Assembly: GCA_051362555.1 (NCBI GenBank)
Contig: CM120648.1
Coordinates: 5,576,587-5,640,586 of the forward strand
Direction of reading: 5' to 3'
Source of the DNA: Lingula anatina
Lineage: Eukaryota > Animalia > Brachiopoda
Length of the DNA: 64,000 bases
The notes below the pieces were generated by a model. That model did no database searches and had not been told where the DNA came from. It saw only the letters and a program-made list of their open reading frames with translations. Both the position numbers and the translations under genes were made by a program. Below are positions 18,376 to 30,600 of the stretch, piece by piece (position 1 is the first letter of the stretch; each line of letters begins with the position of its first letter).

Positions 18376-21300
18376 ATGCATGAACTTTTCGAAAAAGTTC
18401 TCACCAATAGGGACCTCTCCAAGGCAGGAGACCTGTTCTCCGTGGACAGCAAGTCCATAGTTCATGACCTGTCCATCATCCTGCAGAAACTACGGGAGAT
18501 TTCGGACACCAGCGGGTACTTGGAGAATTTGAACGACCAGAGCGTGGTGGAGATCTGCATTACCAGGGTGACTTCAGCTGTCAGGTGAGTGATGTGCGTG
18601 ACAGACAGACAGATGGATAAATGGACAGACGGATACAGACAAATGGACAGATAGTCAGACAGATAGACAGACAGATGGGTAAATGGACAGACAGACACAG
18701 ACAGACGTACAGATATAAATGGACAGACAGACAGACTAACAGATAGGAGAGCTGCATCACCAGGGTGACTTCTGCTGTCAGGTAAGTGATGTGCGAGACA
18801 GACAGGCAGACAAACAGACAGAAAGACGGGTGATATGCATTAATAGGGTGACTTCTGCTGTGAAATGATTTTTGTGAGACAGGCAGACAGAAAGATGATC
18901 AGGCAGACAAACAGACGGACAAAGACAACTGATTGACAAATAGAGGTAGATGATGGGACAGGTTGACAGACAGGCACATAGACAGGTGGGCAGATGGAAC
19001 ATTAGACAGGCAGAGATTAATTATGGTTATCGTAAAGATACCCCAAATAAAAGGCTCTTCAGTTGCTCAGAATTTGTACCAGATCAATAATAATACAAAT
19101 CCTCATGAGTCTCAATGTCAAATTTTATATTTAAACAGATCTATATTTCGGCGAATTTATTTTTAGTCAATCTTATCACTCAAGGCATTGCTCTTCCCTG
19201 ATGTTCACTTGATCCAAGTAATTAGGTAATTGATTAAGGATCAATAATTTCAAATGAACTGAAATTAATATGTCAGTGTTAATTTTCAGGGAGACCAGCA
19301 CAATTGAGGAACACTCACCGTCTTTAATAGCCCTGTTGGAGTCATGTTTGAAGCACGATCTGAAGCCAACCAATAAAGATGAGGATACGCCACATGCCAA
19401 GATTGCATCTGACGTGCTCAGCTGCATGTTTCTTGTAGGTATCAGAATTGCAGCAAATGTGGTCAGCTAGGCCCTTTTTACTTTTAACCAAAATTTTCAT
19501 TAGCTAAGCACGCCTTTTTAATGTATAAATCTTATAATTTTCATTCATGTTTTATCAAATGATTTGTCCTATTAAAACACAATATTTTGTAGATCTGCAA
19601 TAGTATTACTTTGAGTATTTTGTTAGTTAAAGATTTCTATAGCAGTCAGTAAGATGATATATTCTGTTATGTACATCTTGTTTTTAAACACCACTGCCAT
19701 AGTATGGTCATGGAATACTCTCTGCTGGATTGATACAATTCCTTAAGCATAGGTTAAAAGAAAGTGATCACAAATATCTGACTGATTATGGAATGAATTG
19801 ACCCATCAGTGATACATTTGTTTATATGTAAAAAATATATACATCTTTTTTATTTCAGCATTATTCCAAGCGTCCGGTCATGCAGCTGGCTATCCCCGTA
19901 GCAGTGCAGTTTCTTCAAGCAGGGAATAAAGAACTTGGTCGCAATGTGTCCAGTTACTTAACACTGGCAGCCATAGACAGCCCTGACTTGCTGGCAAAAC
20001 ACATGAAACCAATTCTAGAGAGTGTGCTGATAGGTGGATTAGTTAATTTGCTTTTCTTTTTTATTTTACCTTAATACATGTACAAGATCTTAACTGCTCA
20101 GAAAATCAGTATTTTATCTTAAAAGTAGTTCATATGTTTTACATTAAAGAAAATAATTGATTAAAAATTATTCATTAGAACATGAGTATTTTACATGAAT
20201 TAATAAGCCATGAATTCAGTAGTTAATTTACATAATAAAATTGTACTTACTGTAGTATTTTAAATTTCTTTCTCCTTTCTGAACTTATCTATTTGAAAAA
20301 AATAATAGACTTCACATAAGTAATGTGCAACAGTATTTAAGTCTTTCAAAGATTTGAGTTTGGGCAGTGTCCACATAACATTTTTCCACAATAATACAGT
20401 GTACCAGTGAAGTTAATTTCAACGTGGAAGATAGTATTTGATTTTAAAAAATGGTGATTCGTGTTGCAGGTAACCATGGCCTTATCCGCATCCTTCCACA
20501 GATTTATAAACAAAACAAAGACCCAGTCCATGACATGCTTTCTGATCTGGTTGATCTCCTTCCTGACTGTGATACCCCTGCTGCTACTGATGTGACCCCC
20601 GCACCAACAAATGGAAGTGAGGCTATGACTTCCACTCCTGAGAACTCTGAGTTACCAGAGAAAAATAGTCTGCTCCATCTCTTTGGGTTGGTTGCCAAAC
20701 ATAAACCATCTGTGAGTTCAATAATACTGTACAGTATCTTTTGGTGGTGCTTAGTAGCTAATTTTACCATGTGAATTCCATTTATGCCTGGTACAGAAAC
20801 TGGATCTATTTAATCTCACAATGCTCTCTCAGTCTTCTAATTTTTAAATTGATATTAGACATGAAAACTGATTAACAAATGAAAAAATGAATATTAGGTA
20901 TTTCAGATTTATGTTTCACTGATTTGGGATTTCTGGGACTGTGGCTTAATTAAAATGGTCACAACTATAAGTAAAAATTAGATAGTGATGATAAACATAC
21001 TTATTCTATGGCTGGTGCCTTGAACAGTAGGAACATTTTACTTGCGTTTTCATACACTTTGATGTGTTCATCCTTTAGTTCAAAGTGCCAGCAGCGGGAT
21101 AAGTCTGTTTTATATCATTGACAATTTTTCTTTACTAATGCTGTAAGTGTCACCACTTTAGGGCACAGTCTGATCTTAGAAAGTCTGTATATACTAGTAA
21201 TTGCTGACTTTAAGATTACATTTGGAAGATTGGTCTTGATTTTATCCTTTTTCTCTGAAATTTCAGCTACTTGAACCTCATCTCTCTAAACTTGTGCCGC

Positions 21301-21610
21301 ACTTGTCGTCAACAGCAACAGTTGCCATGGTGATACAGTTACTGTTAGATGTGGCGCTGAACAATGCAGAACCTTTTATTCCTCACATGGCCAAGGTGAA
21401 GGCCACAGCGCAGCAACATCCTGCGTTTATATGTCAAGTTATTCAAATAACAGGAGCAGTGGGGAGACTTTCAGAGGTAATTTATATCATAATTCTTCAA
21501 GCATTGATCTTGGACTGGATGTTGCAACAAAGTAGTGTACTGGTAATCATACGGGATATAATCTTGTTATAGAGATATTGAGTAATGTAATGTTTTTTCT
21601 CATAAGCTGC

Positions 21611-21647
<37 letters not shown>

Positions 21648-22778
21648 CCATAGGTAAAAAAAAATGGTGTGCACTGAAAACAATTTTAGTACAGTTACCA
21701 AAATTTGCAGTTTGTATAATGCTACTCATTTTTCTATTCCTTGAAAAACTGCGGTCTTTTATTTAATTTATAGAATTTCAGGTTACCGTCAGTCATTATT
21801 AATGATTATTGATCTTTTTTTTATCTATTCCATTATATGATAACTTAAACCATAGTTATTGGAACATTTGGATTTTATTTAAGAGCAGAAAAAAATAATT
21901 ACAAAGTTAAAAGCAAATGATACAATATTTCTCAGTCAATCAGTCAAAGCCATCTTTTCACCTCCCTTCACAGACATATGTACAACAACAAAATTTATTT
22001 GATATCTGATATGTTTGCAGTTAGATAGTGATGATAAACATACTTTTCATCTGGCTGGTGCCTTGAACAAATGATAATTTTACTTGCATTTTCATACACT
22101 TTGATGTGTTCATCTTTTAGTTCAAAGTCATCACTGTCATCACAGTTATCACTGTGACATTAATATTTCTATGTACAATTATTACACTTTATTTCAGGCT
22201 TTGACGGAAATATAGCTAGTTTAATTGTCAAATGCAATCTCCCACCCCAATAAAAATGTTAGAATAAAAGAAGAAAAAAGCAAACAAAATAAGTAAAAGG
22301 ATAAATATACACATAAATAAAAAGAGAAAAAATTATCATTATCTGCAAAGAATCCAAATTTTACTGCAAACCCATTTGGTATTCAGACCTTCATCTTATT
22401 TGAAATATTTTTGTACCCTTAGTAATTTTTTTCCAAATACAATACACATTGAAATAAGCATATAATTATTTTTGGTACAAATATCAGTTGTTATTTGTAT
22501 CAAAGTCTTTTTTTCTGATTTTTGCCAAATAATGGCTAAATAGCCCTTAATAGAAAATATTTAATCAAGGTTTACTTTACTTATGACAAATGATTTTTTC
22601 CCCTCTGATGTTCATCTTTGCTCATTTCTTTTTTATCATTTCAAGATGAAAAAACATTTTCATTAATAAAACAACACTTTCTTTTCCATGCACATTATGC
22701 AATACAACAATTTTCCTTCACATAATGCTGTAATTGTTAAATGGTTGTTTTATCACAGCTAAGTATTTGTATGTGTTG

Positions 22779-22819
<41 letters not shown>

Positions 22820-25763
22820 TATGTTCTGTAGAATACACCAGAAACTAGAAAAGCACTCAGAAAGCGCAGACCTACACCAAGGCAGCAAAGTCTCCATCCA
22901 ATGCCGTTTCACCCCTAAATTTTTGATATATTTTATTATTGATTATTGATTGATTGATTATTGATCCAGATCACCACCAAAAACTAATCATCTGTTCCTT
23001 GGCCCACTTCTGACAGTTCCTGAAAATTTCATAAAAATTGGTCCATAACTTAGTTTTTTGATTATTAACTATTGATTATTGACCTGGATCACCACCAAAA
23101 ACTAATCACTTCTATATTAACCTATTTCGGGCCTACCCTGAAAATTACATCGAAATTCATCCATAACTTTTTGAATTATGTTGATGACAAACATACAGAC
23201 GGACAGAAAGACAGACAGACAAACAAATAGGGGTGAAAGCAATTAGTTCTGAGAGTTTTAAAGAACGTCATTTTTCCAAGTATTGGAGTACTTTCACTTT
23301 CCCGTCCCATTGGGTCATAGTCAGATCTTCATCCTGGTTGATGGTACATGCCCATGGGTATTCTAGTCCATCAGCTTTGGTTGCTATGTACTGGATGAAC
23401 TTCCCATCTGGGGAAACCAGGTGTATGCGGTGGTTATCATAGTCAGTAACCAGTATGTTGTCATATGCATCAACACAGACACCTCCTGGTCGATCTAACT
23501 TGTTATCAGGTCCTGTGTACTGATACAGTGGGTCACCAGATGGGGTTAGGATGTGAAGTTTCTTTTGTGATATATCACTAACGACAAGGCACCCCTTGCT
23601 CATATATGCCACTTTATATGGTGCACTGAACATCTGTTTCCAATCTTTGTCTTTTATCACTTCAGTTAAAGTTATTTCCTCTTTGATATCAATACTGAAC
23701 ACACTCACAGACTTTTGTTTCTCACCCTGTGCCACAGCCATCTTAGTGCAGCTGTTATTGAGAGCCACGCCCCATGGGTTGTTGACATCTACAGTTTGCT
23801 GTACTTCCAGCTTTGGTGACAAGATGAACATTTTGTTATTTTCTGCATCAGCTAGAACCACCCTTCCATCAGGGAAGTGACAGATCCCTGTTGGACAACG
23901 CAGATGTGTGTTAGAGACACTGGTGATCTCCTTTCTTAATGTACCATATGAACTAAAAACCTTGAATTTGTTATGAATGTCATGTGTAGTAACATACTCC
24001 TTGTTTGGACCCATTGAAATGTCAACTGGTATCACCCACCTGGCTAAATATTGATAAAAATGTTTAGTTCTACAGTCAAACTCCCTAATACATTTTGCCT
24101 GTGGTTTGATTTTCGGCAAAGCAGTTTGTCTAGATATCTTCTCATTCCCCAGGCCAGCCCCACTGGATATCTCTTGGTCCATTTCTGTGTTGGTGGTTAG
24201 TGTGACATTAAGTTCTTCAGGGGCTTTATCCACAACTGAAGTGGACAGTAGCTCATCTAGTCTCTGTCCAAGTTGGTGTTGTAACATGAGGACATCAATG
24301 GGGTCAAAATGCTGAATGATATTCTTTACTACATCTGTTGAGGTTTCAATAGAGGAGCAAGTGGCACTGCAGTCATTGCGAGAAGTTTGTAATTTCTTCT
24401 TGTGAGTGCTGGTTTCTTGGTGAAGCTTCTGCAATAAGGTTTGCTCTCGTTGGTCTACCAGGTGACGTAGGTGAGTGGCGCGATCTTTTATCTTCTGCTG
24501 AACAGAGCTTTCATTTTTTTGAAGATTTGCCAATGTCTCATCAATTGCAGCTAATGTTTTCTTGCCTGTTGCTAATTTTCTGTCAGTCCCATGACATTTT
24601 GTCTGAAGTTGTGGTTTAAGTCTGCAGCTTTTTCAGGGGAGATAACTTTGTGATCATCATGGTGTAGGTTTTTGCAGTCGGGACAAATGAGGATATTGCA
24701 ATTTGCACAAAAATATCTTATCATCAAATCTTTGTGCTTTGGGCAGACAATCTTTTGATGCTCTTTGATTTCCCTTTTGTACTCACTGCTACGAAATTGT
24801 TGAAAGGTGAGTACTCTGTGGTCTTTATTGAGTCTGCTACCACAGTGGAATGGAGAACATCTCTCACATAGGTAGTCATGGCAGGTGATACATTTTGAAG
24901 TAGCCACTGTTTCTGTTTGGGACACCAAAGCACAAGTGCTGCACTTTTTCTTATGTGTTGACTGAAGTACAGTGTCCTGCAAGCTTCCAATGTAGAAATT
25001 GTGAGTGAAGCCCTCAAGTCCATCTTTAGGAACTTCAGTTTCTTTCTGACACATTGGACATCTGAATTTACTTCCTGATGTTAAGTCAGGAATATAATCC
25101 TTCAGACAGCCTTTACAAAATGTATGCCTACATGGTAAATCTGTGGGATCCTTATACTCCTCAAAGCACAAAGAACAACTCACAAAATGTTCAGTTATTT
25201 TGGCGAGTAGGCTTTCCTCGTCATCTCTGCTTACTAGAGCTGTAGCCATTTGGCGTTATGGAGTGAACTGTTCTCTGGAGAGCAGATATATATTCAATTT
25301 ATTGACCAGTTAGCTTGCTTTTAAGGCCAAGGTAGTTTGTTTTTGCTTTTCAGTGACATTTTTAAAAATTAAGCATATCATTAGAGATTTGTATGAATGA
25401 TATATTTGCAAAAATGTGCTCGCATTTTAAGTACTCATATTTTGTGAGTAAAATATCTTTGTTAATAAATGCTCCTGAAGATATGATGAAAAATAATTTA
25501 CATATGTAGCATGTCAATTTAAAATCTAGCCAGATTGCAACACACCCTCACATGCACACACACACGAACACACATATTATATCAATTTTTTTTACATGCC
25601 CTGGTGGAAAATGCAAGAAATATGTATGTGTGTGTGTGTCCATATGTGCATGAATGTGCACGCCTGTCATTTAATAAATATCCTCACAAGCATGTAACTC
25701 TCATTCTCTCTCCTTGTGAAAAAAATGTTTATCATGTCAAATTAAAATCTAGCCAGATTACAA

Positions 25764-25807
<44 letters not shown>

Positions 25808-27549
25808 CACACTATAGGGTATACAAATTCAGAATCCAGGAATTTTTTTAGTTGTCCTTCCAGGTGTATGAGTAATGCATTACTGTCTCCTTTAATCATT
25901 TGATAATTAATTTTCACTGTATCCACATATAGGCACACAAGACTGGTCTATGGGATGTCTGGAGCCTTATGACTCTGGTTTTTATCTACAAGATAACCCA
26001 CTTGTTCTGAACAATAGTTATATTATCATGGGAGTGCTTTTATCATATCTTGATGAATGGTGATAGCCTTCAATTTCTCGTGATTGGTGATTAACCTGAT
26101 TATGTCTGCAATACCTTTCATTAATTCTTTTATTCCTTCATTTAATTTATAATATTAACCCCCCCCCCCCGTCTGATACTTCCTCCCCCCCCCTCTTCCA
26201 TTCTTAATCCCGTTATTATTAGATATGATAAAATACTCTTTTTAAAGCAAGTCAGAGATTATGAGGTACTAGGATATATCTATACTTGTAATATCAGGTA
26301 CAGAGCATTGGAGTTTGTGACAGCGTGTATGTGTGATCTCTCGTGCATACACACTTACATGATATCACGAGCAAGAAATTATTTTTTTACAGAAGCAAAT
26401 TATAACCCTTCTTTTTTTTCTTGTGAAAAAATTTTGAAGCCATCCCTTATCAGATATGCCAGCACCATAGCATTTATTATAAGATTCCAAATAATATTTC
26501 AAGAGGTTGGATTTTTTCGTAATTGTTCATATTAGTTTATTTCATAAACACAGCATAGCTTGACCTTTTTATTATTAACTTCCATGGTGTTAGTATACAC
26601 ACACACACGCACGCATGCACAGACACATGCACACATGCACGCACACATGCACACATGCGTGACTGGCCTACGTGATGTTTGTCACCATATGCCTCAGCTA
26701 TCTGTCAACAAGATAAGCTGAACATTTCTAGCTTGTATGACACAAATGTTTTCATCCTGTAAATTCAACACTACTGTCAGTGGTTTCATAAGGCAAAAGA
26801 AATGATATCACATCTAAAAAACATAGGTGCTCACTGTTGTTTACCTTATGCAATTGAGGAGAGATGAGAGGGGGGCGGGTAATTGTTACAATCCATTCTG
26901 ATACCCTGATAAAAATATATAATATATAGTTTAGAATTGAAAATAAGATTTGATGGGAAGGATACCTTCAAAAAACAAATTTCTGATCCAGTTGCAGCGA
27001 CTTGGAATGCCTAAAAAGTATTAATAAGTGAAGTCATGCAGTTTTCTTTTATTGCACTCTATTGCCCACTTTAAACAAAAATGTAATTATTATACTTACT
27101 GAATTAGCCCTATTTATAATGACAAGAATTCCTGGTACTATATTTCAGATTCAAGCCATTTCTTATATGCATGAAATACCTGATGTTACTAAACCCTGAT
27201 ACGAAGTGTTGGTAATTCGATCAGTACTATATTTCAGATCCAGGCCATAGCTTGTATGGAGTATCTGATGTCTCTAACTCCTGATGCAGAGCGTCAGACC
27301 CTGCTGGTAATATTGCGTGCAATCAAAAATATCACTGAGAAATACAGGAACGTTGTGGGCAAACATATCAAAACGCTGCACCAATACTCTGAGCATGCAT
27401 CAAATGGAGTAAGGGCACTCGTGCAACAGATTAAGGATATCCATACAAAAGGGTGAGTGGAGCTTGAATAGAGCCATGTTGTGTGTGTGTGTGTCTGCAT
27501 TATTGTGACCATAACATCATGACCAAGAGAATGAATATTTTCATAAGTA

Positions 27550-27627
<78 letters not shown>

Positions 27628-30600
27628 GAAATAAAACGTTTGTAAGTCTTTTATTTATTGCCATACCTTTCAGAGTTCACACAGAAAAGGTTCAGGTCTT
27701 CTGCATGTTGTCATACTTTTCAGAGTTCAATCAAGGAAAGAATTTTAGGTCTTCTGTATATTGTCACTATACCTTTCAGATGTCACACACTGAAAGAGTT
27801 CCAAGTTTTCTATTTATTGTCCTACCTTTCAGAGTTCATACAGAGAAAGAGTTCAAGTCCTCATACAGTCAGACAGAGGGGGGTGTGACAGTTATTACTG
27901 TGGGGAACCCTCCACCCCTGACCTCCTCCACCACAGCACAAGTAACCAATGGAAGACCAGGAAATGCTCACTCTTTCTCAAAGTAAAGGTTTTTATAGTG
28001 ATATACTAGTTAACGCAATTCTTGTGCATACATTGTTAATCATAGTTCAAGTCATGTTTGATCATAATATATTAAATGCATGTGAAAGTAAACAAGCTAT
28101 TGGGTGTAAGCTGTCCAAAAAGCTGTGAATGACAAAAGAGTGTGGGATTTTGATGTGGGGGGAGGGGGGGCGGTATTTAATAGCTGATACATTACAGGGA
28201 AACAATTATTTATTTATAAGTGCTTGTTGGGACAGATGAACTTGGTTAGCACCATAAAAAATTGGAAAAAAGTTACATTGTGATATATCCTACGAAGAAT
28301 ACAGTTTCATATGTTGTGTAATGATAATTCAGATATCAAGATGCTCGTCCCAAACACGACCGCCCTCACAGTGCGGCCACAGTCAGTAGCACTTACTCTG
28401 AGAGAACAGTGTCTGGTATCAGTGGTATCACTGCTATGAGCAACAATAGTACCTCTACCTCTACTCAGGTAAATATATAATAACAACAGTACCTCTACCT
28501 CTACTCAGGTAAATATATAACAACAACAGTACCTCTACCTCTACACAGGTAAATATATAACAACAACAGTGACTCTACCTCTACACAGGTAAATATATAA
28601 CAACAACAGTACCTCTACCTCTACACAGGTAAATATATAACAGCAACAGTACCTCTACCTCTACACAGGTAAATATATATAACAACAACAGTACCTCTAC
28701 ACAGGTAAATATATAACAGCAACAGTACCTCTACCTCTACTCAGGTAAATATATAACAACAACAGTACCTCTACCTCTACACAGGTAAATATATAACAAC
28801 AACAGTACCTCTACCTCTACACAGGTAAATATATAACAACAACAGTACCTCTACCTCTACACAGGTAAATATATAACAGCAACAGTACCTCTACCTCTAC
28901 ACAGGTAAATATATATAACAACAACAGTACCTCTACACAGGTAAATATATAACAGCAACAGTACCTCTACCTCTACTCAGGTAAATATATAACAACAACA
29001 GTACCTCTACCTCTACACAGGTAAATATATAACAACAACAGTGACTCTACCTCTACACAGGTAAATATATAACAACAACAGTACCTCTACCTCTACACAG
29101 GTAAATATATAACAACAACAGTACCTCTACCTCTACACAGGTAAATATATAACAACAACAGTACCTCTACCTCTACACAGGTAAATATATAACAACAACA
29201 GTACCTCTACCTCTACACAGGTAAATATATAACAACAACAGTACCTCTACCTCTACACAGGTAAATATATAACAACAACAGTACCTCTACCTCTACACAG
29301 GTAAATATATAACAACAACAGTACCTCTACCTCTACTCAGGTAAATATATAACAACAACAGTACCTCTACCTCTACACAGGTAAATATATAACAACAACA
29401 GTACCTCTACCTCTACACAGGTAAATATATAACAACAACAGTACCTCTACCTCTACACAGGTAAATATATAACAACAACAGTACCTCTACCTCTACACAG
29501 GTAAATATATATTACAACAACAGTACCTCTACCTCTACACAGGTAAATATATAACAACAACAGTACCTCTACCTCTACACAGGTAAATATATAACAACAG
29601 TACCACTACCTCTACATAGGTATTATATTAATATTACAACAGCAGTTCTTCTAGTATTACATGGATAGATATACACCAACAACACTTTCATCTAAGTTTG
29701 TAAACAGAGATCAACAACTTGTAAATAACAGTTAAAAGAGATACTTGTCTACATATTCTAGCAGTACTATCCACAGAAGGATGCGACCCAACATTTCTGT
29801 GAGAAGCACTTTGATAAGATCAAGGTATACATGGAGAGGGTGGCGCTGAGGATACCACTGCCTAGTAAAATAACACTGGAAGGTAATGCAGTGAATTTGC
29901 AGTTGATCAGTGGTTTTTAAAAGAGTTGTTATTATAATGAATTGTCCTTCTCTTATATTTCCCTCTTCTCCCCCCCCCAAAGAAATGATAATTCAGTTCT
30001 TTATTTATTTATTTATTTATTTTTTGTTTTCTTTTTTTGATTCATCTATTCATTTGTTTATTTATTTATTTTGTTCACTATAATATTATTAAAAATTCAG
30101 CTGGTGTTCTGAGAATACAGATGAACAACTATTTGCAGTCTGTATTTTCAGTAGACCAACTGAAGCCTCTGAGAGGGAGATGCAACATTGTCAACTAGAC
30201 AAAAATTATTGCAAGTCAAGTAGTTGATTTAAATTTTTTATTGGAAAATACGCTTGGATGTATAACATAGATATTATTATGTGTCAGTCAATATTTTGTT
30301 GAATAAAGCACATACCTACTAACCTTTTCAATTCATTTTACCTTTGATTATATGTATCTGGATATTCCCATTTCAGGGCACAGGCACAAGAAGCGTCCTA
30401 AAGTTCATTTTCTGTGTGAGAAGAAAGGAGATCAGTGCTTGTATTGTCAGCATTCCTTCAACATCAAAACCAAGCAGGCAAAAACCTGGATACATCTCAT
30501 GTTTTTAGACAGACAGGTGCTTGAATTAATACCTCACTAGGTCAACAAACATAAACAGACATAAGCTTTTTTTCTGTGGAATCACAGATTTCCACGATTT

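Noticed and set aside
20977-22130. ~110-bp direct repeat (20977-21085 and 22021-22130) flanking a VEPH1 exon
   Set aside because: Probably dispersed-repeat fragments; no splice sites or coding content.
24533-24620. Programmed frameshift joining the two nested TRIM ORFs
   Set aside because: Fully explained by a 4-bp deletion relative to the paralogue; no slippery site is needed.
28440-29625. CRISPR-like array
   Set aside because: Head-to-tail identical units with no unique spacers, in a eukaryotic intron with no cas genes.
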